Positions 17,959 to 27,734 of a DNA stretch of 64,000 bases are shown here, piece after piece. The stretch lies in the NCBI GenBank assembly GCA_040219255.1, contig JAVJSW010000011.1:28414-92413 (forward strand), read 5' to 3'. Origin of the DNA: Sumerlaeia bacterium. GTDB lineage: Bacteria > Sumerlaeota > Sumerlaeia > SLMS01 > JAHLLQ01. The notes under the pieces were generated by a model. The model was not told the origin of the DNA, searched no databases, and worked only from the letters and a program-made list of their open reading frames with translations. Numbering within the stretch: the first letter of the stretch is position 1; every line of letters begins with the position of its first letter. A program made the translations under genes and the position numbers.

Positions 17959-19710
17959 ATGGTGAAAACACGTTCTCAAGGCGCCTTCCGGCCCGGCCTC
18001 CAACTCGCCGCGCTTCTCTTCACGCTGGCCCTGATCGCGGCGGGTTGCGGCGGCGGTTCGGATACCTCCGGCAATAGCCGGTCGAGCACCGGCGACTCCG
18101 GTTCCGGCACCGCCAAGGTCAAGTCCCTCGACATTCCCTCCGGCCCCGAAGGCGTCATCCGCGTCAACATCGCCACCGAGCCCTTCAGCATCGACCCCAG
18201 CTTGTCCACCGACATCGCCGGGGCCAAGGTCATCCGCCATCTGATGGAGGGCCTCGTCCGCCTCGACGGCGAGGCCACGCCGATGCCGGCCATGGCCGAA
18301 TCCTGGGAACCCAACGACGAATACACCGAGTGGACCTTCCACCTGCGCAAGGACGCCAAGTGGAGCAACGGCGACCCCGTCACCGCCCACGATTTCGATT
18401 TCGCCATCCGCCGCATCCTCGACCCGAAAACCGGTTCCCAGTACGCCAGCTACGTCTACAACTTTATTCGCAATGGCAAGGAATACTACGACGCCAAGGG
18501 CGAGTTGCCGCCGGGCCAGGAGCCGGACGTCGACCTCGGCTTCGAAGTCGTCGACGATCACACCATCGTTTACAAACTCGGTGCACCGACCTCCTTTTTC
18601 CCGTCCACCCTCGGCCACTCCAGCTTCTTTCCGCTCCACGAACCCACCATCCAGGAACACGGCAAGAATTGGATCCGCCAGCCCGCCACCTACACCTCCA
18701 ACGGGCCCTTCATCATGGAAGAGTACCGCCCGGAAGACCGTCTCGTGGCCGTCAAGAACCCCGATTACTGGGACGCGGAAAACATCAAGCTGGATGAAAT
18801 CGTCTTCCGTATGATCGAGGAAGAAAGCACCGCCCACGCCGCGTTCCTCTCTGGCGATCTCGACATCACCGACGACGTGCCCCTGCCCGAGGTCCAGAAC
18901 CTGCGCGGCACCCCGGAGTTCCAGGCTCTGCCCTACCTCGGCTCCTACTACATCGCCTTCAACGTCACCGAGCCCCCCTTCGACGACCTCGCCTTGCGCA
19001 AGGCCGTGCAGCTTGGCATCAACCGCGAACTGATCGTGAACCAGATCACCAAGCGCGGCGAAAAGCCCGGCGTCGGCCTCGTGCCCCACGGCACCTTTCC
19101 CCGCAACGATGGCACCGACTTCCGCGAAATCGCCGGCGACCTCGTTCCCCTCGATTACGCCGCCAACGTCAAGGAAGCGCAGCGCATCCTGAAGGAAGCG
19201 GGCTACGGCACCAGCAAGCCCATGCCCACCCTCACCTACCTGTACAACACCGCCGACGATCATAAGCTGATCAGCGAAGCGATGCAGGCCATGTGGAAAG
19301 CCATCGGCCTCGACGTGCGCCTGGAAAACGTCGAGTTCGGCGTCAAGCAGGCCCGCGGCCACAACCAGGACTTCGAATTCGTACGCGCCGGTTGGATCGG
19401 CGACTTCACCGACCCGATGACGTTCCTCGAACTCTTCGAAACCGGCGCCGGCAACAACGACCCGGGCTACAGCAGCGAGAAGTACGATAACCTCCTCGAT
19501 CAAATCCGCCAGGAAACCGACCCGGTCAAGCGCACCGAACTGATGGTGGAAGCCGAGAGACTGATCGTGGAGAAAGACGTCATCATGGCGCCGATCTTCG
19601 AATACGCCGAGCCCTTTATGGTGCACCAGGAAATCAAGGGCTGGTGGCGCAACCAACTGGGCGACCTGGATTTGAGCCGCGCCTCGCGGACGAAAGCGAA
19701 CGCGAAGTAA
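17959..19710 (+). CDS. oppA: Oligopeptide ABC transporter substrate-binding lipoprotein
   Basis: Lipobox IAAGC; WTFHLRKDAKWSNGDPVTAHDF, NGPF, KNPDYWD, RAGWIGDF.DP. Confidence 0.93.
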   Translation: MVKTRSQGAFRPGLQLAALLFTLALIAAGCGGGSDTSGNSRSSTGDSGSGTAKVKSLDIPSGPEGVIRVNIATEPFSIDPSLSTDIAGAKVIRHLMEGLVRLDGEATPMPAMAESWEPNDEYTEWTFHLRKDAKWSNGDPVTAHDFDFAIRRILDPKTGSQYASYVYNFIRNGKEYYDAKGELPPGQEPDVDLGFEVVDDHTIVYKLGAPTSFFPSTLGHSSFFPLHEPTIQEHGKNWIRQPATYTSNGPFIMEEYRPEDRLVAVKNPDYWDAENIKLDEIVFRMIEEESTAHAAFLSGDLDITDDVPLPEVQNLRGTPEFQALPYLGSYYIAFNVTEPPFDDLALRKAVQLGINRELIVNQITKRGEKPGVGLVPHGTFPRNDGTDFREIAGDLVPLDYAANVKEAQRILKEAGYGTSKPMPTLTYLYNTADDHKLISEAMQAMWKAIGLDVRLENVEFGVKQARGHNQDFEFVRAGWIGDFTDPMTFLELFETGAGNNDPGYSSEKYDNLLDQIRQETDPVKRTELMVEAERLIVEKDVIMAPIFEYAEPFMVHQEIKGWWRNQLGDLDLSRASRTKANAK

Positions 19711-19715
19711 GGTTG

Positions 19716-19897
19716 TTTTGCCACAGATGACGCTGGTTAACGCAGATGATTTTTAATCAGCCGCGGATGAATGGGATGAAGAGGATGAGTCGGCAAGAAG
19801 AGAACGGTTCTTCCCTCCAGCTCTGGCAGCAAACCCATCCCCTTCTCCTGCGCCAACCACCACATCTGTGTTTATCTGCGTTCATCTGTGGCTAAAA
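19716..19897. repeat. Palindromic intergenic element (CCACAGATG...CATCTGTGG family), copy A
   Basis: TTTTGCCACAGATGA..AACGCAGATG pairs with CATCTGTGTTTATCTGCGTTCATCTGTGGCTAAAA; between convergent oppA and moaA. Confidence 0.75.
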
Positions 19898-19919
19898 TAA
19901 AAGTCGATCCCGCCACGCC

Positions 19920-20963
19920 TTACCCACCCGTCGCCTGCATCGACCGCCCCAGCGACGCTCCCACCGCCCCTTCAAAATCATAGCGCTCAGCCCGGGTCAG
20001 GAATTGCCACCGCATCGCCTGGCCCACCGACCGCCGGTCGCGCGCTTTGATGGCGGCGTTCAGGTCGATTTCCTCGGGCATCAGCAGACACGGCTTCAGG
20101 TTCCCGTCGCTCGTCAGGCGCAGCTTGTTACAGCTCAGGCACTTCGTGTTCGACATTTGGCTGATGAAGCCTAGCCGCGCCCGCGTTCCCGGAATGCGAT
20201 AGGTCGTGGCGGGGCCATAGCCGGTGCGGTTGCCCGCCGCGGGTCCGTCGCCTTCCGGCTCCAATTCGTAACCCCTCGCGCGGATGGCCGATTGCAGGTC
20301 CTCGATGCTGATGAAGTGGGTGTGGAAGTAGTCTTTCTCGTCGAAAATGGGCATCAGTTCGATGAACCGCACCTCGACTTCTTTTTCGTCGCTGAAGCGG
20401 ATGAACCCCTCCATTTCCGGCAGCGTCAGGTTCTTCAGTGCCACCGCGTTCAGCTTCACCGGCCGGAACAGGTCGAGTGCCGTGTCGACTCCCGCCAGAC
20501 AACGCTCCAGCGACCCGCCGCGGGTCACCTCGCGAAAGCGCTCCGGGTCGAAGGTATCCACCGAGACGTTCACCCGGTCCAGCCCCGCCCGCTTCAGCGC
20601 CGGACCCATGCGCGCGAGCATGATGCCGTTCGTCGTCAGCGCCACATTCGTCAGCCCCTCGAAGCGCCGCAGCCCCGCGATCCACTCCACAATCCCGGGC
20701 CGCACCAGCGGCTCGCCGCCCGTGACCCGCACCGCTTCGGCGCCGAGATCGTTCACCGACACATCCACCAGAAAATCCAGATCGTCCCACGTCAGTTTGT
20801 GCGGATGGGTGGCGGCACAGCCCTGGGCCGGGTTGCAGTAGTGACAACTGAGATTGCACAGGTCCGTCACACTGACGCGCACATAGCGGAACCGCCGGCC
20901 ATAGCGGTCGATGACAGGGCGGGGTGCGGAGATCGGTTGCGGCAAGCGGGGCAGATGGGTCAT
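19920..20963 (-). CDS. moaA: GTP 3',8-cyclase
   Basis: DRYGRRFRYVRVSVTDLCNLSCHYC, TGGEPL, RFIELMP, CLSCNKLRLTSDGNLKPCL, terminal GG. Confidence 0.95.
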   Translation of the reverse strand: MTHLPRLPQPISAPRPVIDRYGRRFRYVRVSVTDLCNLSCHYCNPAQGCAATHPHKLTWDDLDFLVDVSVNDLGAEAVRVTGGEPLVRPGIVEWIAGLRRFEGLTNVALTTNGIMLARMGPALKRAGLDRVNVSVDTFDPERFREVTRGGSLERCLAGVDTALDLFRPVKLNAVALKNLTLPEMEGFIRFSDEKEVEVRFIELMPIFDEKDYFHTHFISIEDLQSAIRARGYELEPEGDGPAAGNRTGYGPATTYRIPGTRARLGFISQMSNTKCLSCNKLRLTSDGNLKPCLLMPEEIDLNAAIKARDRRSVGQAMRWQFLTRAERYDFEGAVGASLGRSMQATGG

Positions 20964-21074
20964 AAGGATCCTGAACGCTGAGCCAGTCGCTGGCTCAACC
21001 GGAGGATGTAGCAAAGCGGACTCCAGCGCGCCACGAAAAGTTGCCGCACCTTCTCGGGCAAAGGATCGGTTCCC

Positions 21075-21443
21075 ATGGCCCATTCCCCAAGAATCCTGCA
21101 CCTCGCCTGGGGCGTGTTGGACATCGAAGGCCTCGGCAAAGGGCGCGATTTCAAGCTGTGGCCCGGCGGAGGCCGCCCCTGGGACTGGTCGGAAACCGGC
21201 ACGCACCACGACCCCGGCATTCAACCAGCCGATGTGGAAGAACTGCTCGAGCACGGCGCCGAAATCGTCATCCTGACCCGCGGCATGCACCTCGTCCTCA
21301 AGACCATGCCGGAGACAGAAGACTACCTGCGCCAGCGCGGCGTCGCCTGCGAAATCCTCGAGACCCGGGAAGCGGGGGACCGCTACAACGCCCTCGCCGC
21401 CGAGGGGCGGCGCGTCGGTGGATTGTTTCATTCGACGTGCTAA
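21075..21443 (+). CDS. Mth938-like (DUF498/AAMDC) protein
   Basis: WDW.ETGT.H.PGIQPADVEELL, T.EA..YN.L, GGLFHSTC. Confidence 0.92.
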   Translation: MAHSPRILHLAWGVLDIEGLGKGRDFKLWPGGGRPWDWSETGTHHDPGIQPADVEELLEHGAEIVILTRGMHLVLKTMPETEDYLRQRGVACEILETREAGDRYNALAAEGRRVGGLFHSTC

Positions 21444-21778
21444 AAAAGTAAACGGTCGTCCCGGCCGTGTCCCGCCAGCCCAAAGCTCTCTCCCGCAACC
21501 GACCTCAAATCAAGGTTCTTGGCCGTAGCAGGGCGCGACAGCGGCTTATCTTTACGCCAGAAACCGCAGCGGGACATTGGCGGGACGTCCATGCCAGACA
21601 GATTTTCCCCCCACTCGGTGAAAAATTCCCCCTCCCTCGTGGTCATTGCCCAACCAGAGTGAAATCCCTCTGGCGCGACCCCGACCCCATGACCGATACG
21701 TTTTCCTTCAGCCTCGCCCCCTGTCCCCCGCCCTTCCGGGGGACGCGCGGGCTGACAGCTGCCGGTCCGGGAGGGGCG

Positions 21779-22414
21779 ATGACAGACGCTTTGTTTCACC
21801 AAACCGCGCCCCGCGAAGACGATGCCTCCGCCGGGGAATCCGCCGCACCGGTCGACGATGCCACCTTCGCCCGCTTTCAGGCCGGCGACCAGGCCGCCAT
21901 GACCGAGGTGGTCCGAGTCCTGAACGGCCGCGTCGTGGCCTTCGCTCGCCTCTACACTCACAGCCAGGAACTGGCGGAAGAAGTCGCCCAGGACGCTTTC
22001 CTCGAAACCTGGCGCAAACGCAAGAAAGTCCACAGCGCCTCCAAGCTCCGCCCCTTCCTCTTCACCCTGGCCAAGCGGATGGCGATGCGGGAAATGCGCC
22101 GCAAGGTGCACCGCGTCGAGTTCGCCATCGAGGACGACGCTCTGCTGGCCATTGCGCCAGCGCTCGACGCCGCCCAGGGCGACGGCCTGCGCCAGCGCGA
22201 CATGATGCGGGCGCTGCGCCAGGCCCTCGCCCGCCTCAGCGAAAAGGAACGCGACATGGTGCTGCTGCGCTACTTCGCCGGCCTGCGCATTCGCGAAGTC
22301 GCCGACGCCCTCGGCATGCCCATGGGCAGCGTCGGCGTCACCCTCCAACGCACCCTCGACAAAGTGCGCCGGGACCTGGAACACCAGGGCTTCGCGCTCG
22401 ACGATTTCGTCTGA
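21779..22414 (+). CDS. ECF sigma-70 factor
   Basis: AEEVAQDAFLETW region 2; LSEKERDMVLLRYFAGL..EVA..LG.P.GSV region 4. Confidence 0.9.
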   Translation: MTDALFHQTAPREDDASAGESAAPVDDATFARFQAGDQAAMTEVVRVLNGRVVAFARLYTHSQELAEEVAQDAFLETWRKRKKVHSASKLRPFLFTLAKRMAMREMRRKVHRVEFAIEDDALLAIAPALDAAQGDGLRQRDMMRALRQALARLSEKERDMVLLRYFAGLRIREVADALGMPMGSVGVTLQRTLDKVRRDLEHQGFALDDFV

Positions 22415-23169
22415 TGGACTCCGCTTCGATGACCGATTTGAACCTGACCGAAAAGCAACGCGAAACGGAGCGCCTCCTGGAAAAGGCCGGCTCCGAATGG
22501 GCCGCCGAGTCGGCGCCCGATTCCGGCGAGTTTCTCGCCAGCTTCGAAGCCCGCCTCGCCGAGGAAGAGCAGGGCGGCTTTCTGGCCACCGTGGTGTCAC
22601 TGCGACCGGCGCTGGCGGGTCTGGCCGCGGCGGCCATCATACTCGCCGTTTTCGGCGGCCTTCTCGCCCCACGCAAAGAAACCGTCGCCTCCTTCGCCTT
22701 CGCCACTGGCTCCCCCCAATTCGACCTTGGCGGCGCCGTCGCCTCGGGCACCACCGTCGAAACCTCCGCCGACTCGCGCGTCATTCTCGCATTGGCACAA
22801 AATGCCACCATCAGCCTCGACACCGGCACGCGCCTGCGGTTCGACGGCCCCGACACCGTCTACCTCGCGGACGGCGAGATCTGGGTCAGCATCGCCCGCC
22901 CCGGCCAGCGCCCCCTGCGCATCGTCACCCCTCATGGCAAAGTCTACTCGAATCAGGAATCGGGCTTCTGCGTCGTGGTCGCAGCGGACGACGCCAACGT
23001 CTTCATCTCGCGCGGCGAAGTTCACCTCGCCGACGCCTCCCTCAAGCCTGGCCTCCACGCCTCTCTGACCAAGCGCGAGGGCCTTGAGGTGGCCCAACTC
23101 TTCGACGCCCCCATGGACCCCCAACCCGAATGGAGCCGGGACCTTCTGCGCCAGGCCAGCCTGCGCTGA
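22414..23169 (+). CDS. FecR-domain anti-sigma factor
   Basis: Single TM then FecR-like (LDTGTRL, L..GEIWV, IVTPHG.V, F.V, V..GEV); stop/start overlap with the sigma gene. Confidence 0.82.
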   Translation: MDSASMTDLNLTEKQRETERLLEKAGSEWAAESAPDSGEFLASFEARLAEEEQGGFLATVVSLRPALAGLAAAAIILAVFGGLLAPRKETVASFAFATGSPQFDLGGAVASGTTVETSADSRVILALAQNATISLDTGTRLRFDGPDTVYLADGEIWVSIARPGQRPLRIVTPHGKVYSNQESGFCVVVAADDANVFISRGEVHLADASLKPGLHASLTKREGLEVAQLFDAPMDPQPEWSRDLLRQASLR

Positions 23170-23254
23170 GGAGAGCGGCGCAGCGCCCAAGTGAGAGAAC
23201 CCCAGTCTCATTTTGGGCTCCCGCAAACAAAGGCTTGCCAACGGTCCATGCCGC

Positions 23255-23269
23255 TGATAATCATTTTCA
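23255..23269. promoter_or_regulatory. Fur box upstream of the fur-family gene
   Basis: TGATAATCATTTTCA, one mismatch to the 7-1-7 TGATAATnATTATCA; 25 nt before ATG 23295. Confidence 0.75.
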
Positions 23270-23294
23270 ATCCTCCTTCGGGACCGGAAACCCG

Positions 23295-23687
23295 ATGTCC
23301 AAAGAAGCCGCCAAACTCACCTCGAAACAACAAGCCATTCTCCGCGTCTTTGAAGACGCCGAACAGCCCATCACCACGCAGGACGCATGGGATGTGGCCC
23401 GGGGCGAAGTACCCGGACTCGGGATCGCCACCGTCTATCGCGCGGTCAAATCGCTGGTGGACGACGGCTTGCTGCGCACCGTCGAACTGGTGGGCCAGGT
23501 CCCGCGCTACGAAAGCGCCCGCAAGGGCCACCTGCACCACTTCTTCTGCCGCGAATGCTCCAGCGTCTTCGACATCGGCGATTGCCCCAGCGGCCTCAAG
23601 TCCCTCGTGCCCGACGGCTTCCAGATGGAAGACCACAGCATCGTTCTCTACGGCCTTTGCAAGGACTGCCGCGCGGCCAAAGCCTGA
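23295..23687 (+). CDS. fur: Fur family transcriptional regulator
   Basis: T.KQQAIL, GIATVYR, H.HHFFCREC, LYGLCKDC. Confidence 0.9.
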   Translation: MSKEAAKLTSKQQAILRVFEDAEQPITTQDAWDVARGEVPGLGIATVYRAVKSLVDDGLLRTVELVGQVPRYESARKGHLHHFFCRECSSVFDIGDCPSGLKSLVPDGFQMEDHSIVLYGLCKDCRAAKA

Positions 23688-23794
23688 CGCCCGCGACAGA
23701 CGGCGGTAGGCCTTGCACCTCGCTGCGGAACCGAAGCAGCCTTTTCCTCTCCGATCCACCAAACCCGGAGGCCGCTCCGCCGAGTCTTTCTGGC

Positions 23795-24700
23795 ATGATG
23801 ACGACTACGCTCTCCCGCTTTCTCCTTTCCATTCTCTGCCTCCTCGCCGTCGCGTCCGCTGTGCCCGCCTTCGCGCGCGATCCCGGGTCAAAGTCCGTCC
23901 CCCTGGCCACCGCCAACGACGCCGCTTCGACCCAGTCGCTCCGCGCCTTTCTGGGTATTCCGCCTAACCGACCCCTCCTGACCGATCGCGACAAGCCCGA
24001 CGCCCCCGCCCCCATCAACCGCGTCACTTTCCAGTCCCTCGACAATCTCGTCGTGCTCGCCGGCAAAGTCATCCTCGCCCCCGATCCCAAGGCCGACGCG
24101 GTCATCGTGCTCACCGGCTTTCCCGCCACCTATGGCGATTACAGCGACATCGGCCGCGAACTCCTCGGTGCCGGATATTCCGTCATGATCCTGGACATGC
24201 GCGGCATCGGCGACAGCAAACGCCGCGTCAACGGCCAGCCCTTCGATCTCGCCAGCATGAGCCCCCGCGACTCGAAAGGCTTCGCCCGTACGCCCGACGA
24301 TGTGGCCGCCGCGGCCCAATGGCTCCGCGAGCAGAACTTCGTCCACCGCCAATCCAAAATTTTCGTCCTCAGCATGATGGGCGCCGTGAATCCCGCCGGC
24401 ATCGCGCTCGGCGAGCATGCCCGTGACCTCGCCGGAGCCATCATGATCTCGCCCCTCCCCGCCGGCGGCGGCATCGACGCTCGCAACGGCCTCAAGGTCA
24501 TTCAGGGCCGGCCGATCCTGGTCCTGAGCGGCGAAGAGGACCGGCACGCCCGCGATGTGACTGATCGCCTTCAGGAAGTGAACCCAGACGTCAAGGAAGA
24601 GTGGTTGCCGGGCAGCGCCTCTGGATTCCCGATCCTCAATCATCCCGAGGGACGAAAAAAAATTCTCGCCTTCCTCGCCGAGCATGACAGCCAACCCTAA
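23795..24700 (+). CDS. Secreted alpha/beta-hydrolase-fold protein
   Basis: Signal peptide; GYSVMILDMRGIGDS, DVAAAAQWL, PILVLSGEED; catalytic Ser and His appear to be missing. Confidence 0.8.
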   Translation: MMTTTLSRFLLSILCLLAVASAVPAFARDPGSKSVPLATANDAASTQSLRAFLGIPPNRPLLTDRDKPDAPAPINRVTFQSLDNLVVLAGKVILAPDPKADAVIVLTGFPATYGDYSDIGRELLGAGYSVMILDMRGIGDSKRRVNGQPFDLASMSPRDSKGFARTPDDVAAAAQWLREQNFVHRQSKIFVLSMMGAVNPAGIALGEHARDLAGAIMISPLPAGGGIDARNGLKVIQGRPILVLSGEEDRHARDVTDRLQEVNPDVKEEWLPGSASGFPILNHPEGRKKILAFLAEHDSQP

Positions 24701-24719
24701 GGTTTCTCAACGGTTCGAC

Positions 24720-24747
24720 AAAAATCCTGGACGTTTCCAGGATTTTT
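24720..24747. terminator. Perfect 12-bp inverted repeat (terminator or operator)
   Basis: AAAAATCCTGGA-CGTT-TCCAGGATTTTT, just after the hydrolase stop and just before TTGACA at 24755. Confidence 0.55.
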
Positions 24748-24829
24748 CCGAAGGTTGACAACGCGGATAGGATTAGGGTCTTTTTCTGCGCGGACACCAA
24801 CCGTTCTCTCACAAAGGAAGCCCGCCCCC

Positions 24830-25807
24830 ATGGTCCGCAAACCCCTCGACTATAAAGCCACCATTTTGGAGCGCGAAGACATCGCCAAGGACTTGGCCAT
24901 CTTTCGCATCCGACCCGAATTCGAGGGCTTTCCCGAGACCTTCGTCCCCGGCCAGTACACTCTCCTGGGCCTCAACCACCCGGAAAAAGGATCGGTCCAA
25001 AGGGCCTATTCCATCGCTTCGCCGCCCGACGATCTGCCGGACTTCATGGATTTCTACGTCCGCCGCGTCGCCAAGCCTGCTTCGGACAATCCGCTGACCC
25101 ATCTGCTCTTTGAACTCGGCGCGGGCGATCGGATTTATCTCGGGTCGAAGATTCGCGGCAACTTCACCCTCGAACACGAACTCGGCCGGCCCGACGACCC
25201 CCGCCTCAAGATCTGCGTCGCCGCAGGAACCGGCCTCGCACCCTTTACCTCGATGGTTTTTCACGAGCACCGCAACGGCCGCGACGTCAGCGAATTCCTC
25301 GTCCTCCACGGCGCCAGCTATCCGAACCAACTCGGCTACATGCGCGAGATGGAGTCGATCATGAACGGCGATCCGGATCGGCTGCGCTACTTCCCCACGA
25401 TCTCGCGGGAACCCGATGCGCCCTGGGCCTTCGATCGCGGCCGCGTCGAGACGTTTTTTGAGGAAGACAAGCTCGAAGATCTCGAACGCCGCGCAGGCCT
25501 CGAACCTGGCTTCCTTACCCCGGACAACGCCGTCGTCTTCATTTGCGGGCTTCAGGGCACCATCGCCAGCACGCTCACCCGCCTACTTCACCGCGGCTTC
25601 GTCCCCGCCGAGCGCAAACTCCGCCGCGCCCTCTGGATTCCGGAAGACGTTTCCGGCAGTCTGTTCTTCGAGCAATACGACGCCGAGCCGATTCTCGACC
25701 TGAAGGACGAGGAACTGATGGTCGATTGCCGCGACCGCCTCGAACGCGCCGGGGTGAAACTCGCCCCGCCGGAGGATGAGCCGGTGCGGGTGATCAGCGG
25801 AAACTGA
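24830..25807 (+). CDS. Ferredoxin/flavodoxin--NADP+ reductase family protein
   Basis: F.PGQY, RAYSIAS, AAGTGLAPF, VFICG, FFEQY. Confidence 0.9.
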   Translation: MVRKPLDYKATILEREDIAKDLAIFRIRPEFEGFPETFVPGQYTLLGLNHPEKGSVQRAYSIASPPDDLPDFMDFYVRRVAKPASDNPLTHLLFELGAGDRIYLGSKIRGNFTLEHELGRPDDPRLKICVAAGTGLAPFTSMVFHEHRNGRDVSEFLVLHGASYPNQLGYMREMESIMNGDPDRLRYFPTISREPDAPWAFDRGRVETFFEEDKLEDLERRAGLEPGFLTPDNAVVFICGLQGTIASTLTRLLHRGFVPAERKLRRALWIPEDVSGSLFFEQYDAEPILDLKDEELMVDCRDRLERAGVKLAPPEDEPVRVISGN

Positions 25808-25813
25808 GGCGCC

Positions 25814-26371
25814 TCACGGCCCCCAGCGCAGCACGTTTCCCGTGCTGATCGTGCCGTTTGTCGGGTCGTAGGTGTGCTGGATGTTCTGCCAGCCCTCGTT
25901 CGTCGAGTCCGGGCCGTAACTCAAGTTGTTCCAGAAGTAGCCGGGCCGGCTGGTCCAGAACGGACTGTCGGCCGGAGCCGAGAACGGGCGTGGGTCGTTG
26001 CGCGCCGTATAGTGATAGGTCGAGCCCTCCTGGCTCCACTGGTCGTCACCGTTGTTGAATGGATCGCGCGGCACCGAGGTCATGTAGGAAATCGGCGTCG
26101 TCAACGGCACAAGCCGCAGCATGTTCGGCAGATCGTCGTTCTTGATGCCGAACCCGTTGGGAACGTACTCTGGCGGATAGCGATTCCAATCGACGCGGAA
26201 GGTTTCCAGAGCGGTGCCGATGGAGCGCATGTCGGCCTGGGCTCGGCTGACCTTGGCCCGGGTCTGCGCCTCGAGGAAGTTGGGGACCGCGATGGCCGCC
26301 AGGATAGCGATAATGGCCACGGTGATGAGGAGTTCGATGAGCGTAAAGGCCCGCGATGTCTGTGTTTTCAT
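25814..26371 (-). CDS. Stand-alone prepilin-type N-terminal cleavage/methylation protein
   Basis: RA|FTLIELLITVAIIAILAAIAVPNFLEAQTRAKVSR; LTTPISY..P.DPF; SYGPD; YDPTNGT.S.G. Confidence 0.92.
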   Translation of the reverse strand: MKTQTSRAFTLIELLITVAIIAILAAIAVPNFLEAQTRAKVSRAQADMRSIGTALETFRVDWNRYPPEYVPNGFGIKNDDLPNMLRLVPLTTPISYMTSVPRDPFNNGDDQWSQEGSTYHYTARNDPRPFSAPADSPFWTSRPGYFWNNLSYGPDSTNEGWQNIQHTYDPTNGTISTGNVLRWGP

Positions 26372-26783
26372 TGGGGGGGTGCCTTTCCAAAGGAAGCTTT
26401 AGATGTCTGGAGAATTCCCAAGGGCTGCGAATTCTTTCGCTGGTCCTGAAATAACCCGTCAAGCAAGGTCAAGGTCTTTTGCAAGTTGTTGCAAGCAACG
26501 TTCCGCCCCTTCGGAAAGCGTGGATTTATCGAAATGCGTTCGGCGAAATAAGGGACGAAGCCCATAAAAATCCTTGGATTTTAACCCCGCCCGCCTCAAA
26601 TCCGACTCCTTCACTCCCCATTTGATGTCTCCTCTCCAATCCCGTCTATAAAACCAGGCGCCCCTTAACCGCTCTCCCCTCAGCGCCTCTCCTTGACGCC
26701 CCCGGCCGCTTTTATGGGAGGTCTTGCGCCACGGAATTCTCACCCAGACGCCCCGCCCGCCGGGGCTTGGAGCGAACCAAACG

Positions 26784-27728
26784 ATGAGCAAGAAAATCGC
26801 TTTTCTCTTTCCCGGTCAGGGCAGCCAGGCCGTCGGCATGGGCCGCGCCGCCGCCGACCGCGACCCCGCCGCCGCCGCCCTCATGAGCCGCGCCGACGAA
26901 GTCCTCGGCTTCCCTCTCTCAGCCATGTGCTTTGATGGGCCCGAGGACGACTTGAAGCAAACGCAGAACACCCAGCCCGCCCTCTTCGCCAGCAGCGCCG
27001 CCACCCTCGAAGTCCTGCGCAAAGCCGGCGTCGCCCCCTTCGCCACCGCCGGCCACAGTCTCGGCGAGTACACCGCCCTGTACGCCGCCGGCGTCTTTTC
27101 CTTCGATGTCGGCCTCCAATTGGTGCGCACCCGCGGCGAGGCCTTCGCCCGCGCCGGCGCCGCCCGCCCCGGAGCCATGGCCGCCGTGCTCGGTCTCGAT
27201 GGCAGCGCCGTCGAAGCGCTTTGCCGCGATGCCTCGACTCATGGCGCCATTGCCGTGCCCGCGAACTTCAACGACCCCGCCCAGACCGTGATCAGCGGCG
27301 ACCCGGCGGCGGTCGAGAAAGCCTGTGAAATCGCCAAGGAGCGAGGCGCCAAGCGCGCTCTCATGCTACCGGTGAGCGGCGCCTTCCACTCGCCCCTGGT
27401 CGAGCCCGCCCGCGAAACCATGGCCACCGCTCTGGACCTCGCGAAGGCCGCCTTCCAGACCCCTAACTGCCACTTTGTCAACAATGTCGCCGCCGAAGCC
27501 TTGACCGAAACGGACGCCATTGTGGACTCTCTCGTGGCCCAGGTCACCAGCGCCGTGCGCTGGGTCGCCTGCGTCGAAAAGCTGCAAGCGCTCGGCGCCG
27601 AAGCCTTTATCGAGGTCGGCAGCGGAAAAGTCCTCGCCGGGCTCTGCCGCCGCATTGCCAAAGACATCCCCTGCCACACCACCGAGAGCGAAGCGAGCCT
27701 CGAGAAAACCCTGTCGGAGCTGACCTGA
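26784..27728 (+). CDS. fabD: Malonyl-CoA:ACP transacylase
   Basis: FLFPGQGSQ, TQPAL, GHSLGEY, VSGAFHS, EVGSGKVL. Confidence 0.96.
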   Translation: MSKKIAFLFPGQGSQAVGMGRAAADRDPAAAALMSRADEVLGFPLSAMCFDGPEDDLKQTQNTQPALFASSAATLEVLRKAGVAPFATAGHSLGEYTALYAAGVFSFDVGLQLVRTRGEAFARAGAARPGAMAAVLGLDGSAVEALCRDASTHGAIAVPANFNDPAQTVISGDPAAVEKACEIAKERGAKRALMLPVSGAFHSPLVEPARETMATALDLAKAAFQTPNCHFVNNVAAEALTETDAIVDSLVAQVTSAVRWVACVEKLQALGAEAFIEVGSGKVLAGLCRRIAKDIPCHTTESEASLEKTLSELT

Positions 27729-27734
27729 TCCATC

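Noticed and set aside
17797-19656. 619-aa ORF antisense to oppA
   Set aside because: Mirror-frame shadow of a gene with strong GC3 bias
19716-19897. Possible CRISPR array or riboswitch in the repeat-rich gap
   Set aside because: No regularly spaced direct repeats with spacers and no cas genes; it lies between convergent 3' ends
20964-21431. N-terminal extension of the moaA ORF
   Set aside because: Antisense to the real Mth938-like gene; MoaA homology begins after ATG 20963
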